Below the pieces are notes generated by a model. It worked only from the letters and a program-made list of their open reading frames with translations, had not been told where the DNA came from and did no database searches. A stretch of DNA of 32,000 nt from Candidatus Peribacter riflensis (lineage in GTDB: Bacteria > Patescibacteriota > Gracilibacteria > Peribacterales > Peribacteraceae): positions 660,001 through 692,000 of the forward strand of contig CP013062.1 of NCBI GenBank assembly GCA_001430755.1. The letters run 5' to 3'. Shown here in pieces: positions 31,900 to 32,000 of this stretch. The translations under genes were made by a program, and so were the position numbers. The number at the start of each line of letters is the position of its first letter. The stretch's first letter is position 1.

Positions 31900-32000
31900 G
31901 GAGAAAAATGGGACGTGTTCTCAGCATAACGGAAAGCCCTCTCCTCCTCCATAAACGCAAAATTTTTGACTTTTATGCCAAAATGAGAGAAAATAGTAGG

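Overview
GC-rich bacterial chromosomal window with about 30 credible CDS and 4 tRNAs (Gly-GCC, Gly-CCC, Arg-CCG, Lys-UUU); no rRNA and no CRISPR array. TGA, TAA and TAG all act as stops. Housekeeping genes (argS, metG, fmt, rbfA, ruvB, rplK, rplA, rpsA, clpC, dus, tatD, an nrnA-like DHH gene, a HIT gene) are shuffled out of their usual operon contexts. Interleaved with them are pieces of a Gram-positive-type type IV secretion (T4SS)-like apparatus. These are a PrgI/VirB3-like gene coupled to a stand-alone VirB4 N-terminal module (28.4-29.8 kb), the rest of VirB4 as a separate gene behind a lipoprotein gene (4.5-7.6 kb), three translationally coupled VirB2/TrbC-like pilin genes of which one is a fused double pilin (12.1-13.4 kb), and a fourth pilin gene coupled to an AI-2E family permease gene (23.9-25.5 kb). 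No coupling protein, relaxase, VirB6 or integrase is present in the window. This gene content, the small proteins and the leaderless promoter layout suggest a reduced-genome lineage such as Patescibacteria/CPR; that is inference only. Other notable signals: a tRNA islet (13.5-15.6 kb) holding two degenerate tRNA-Gly copies disrupted by GC-rich hairpins, and a GIY-YIG gene bracketed by a 13-bp direct repeat of a tRNA 3' end. There is also an orphan 200-aa gene with a consensus promoter, in-frame palindromic and hexamer repeat insertions in two enzyme genes, and two short hairpin repeat families. A near-consensus CIRCE operator sits in front of clpC, rplK and rplA are separated by a membrane-protein gene, and -10 boxes recur 6-13 nt upstream of start codons. 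Protein family calls rest on motifs recognised by eye, not on database searches.
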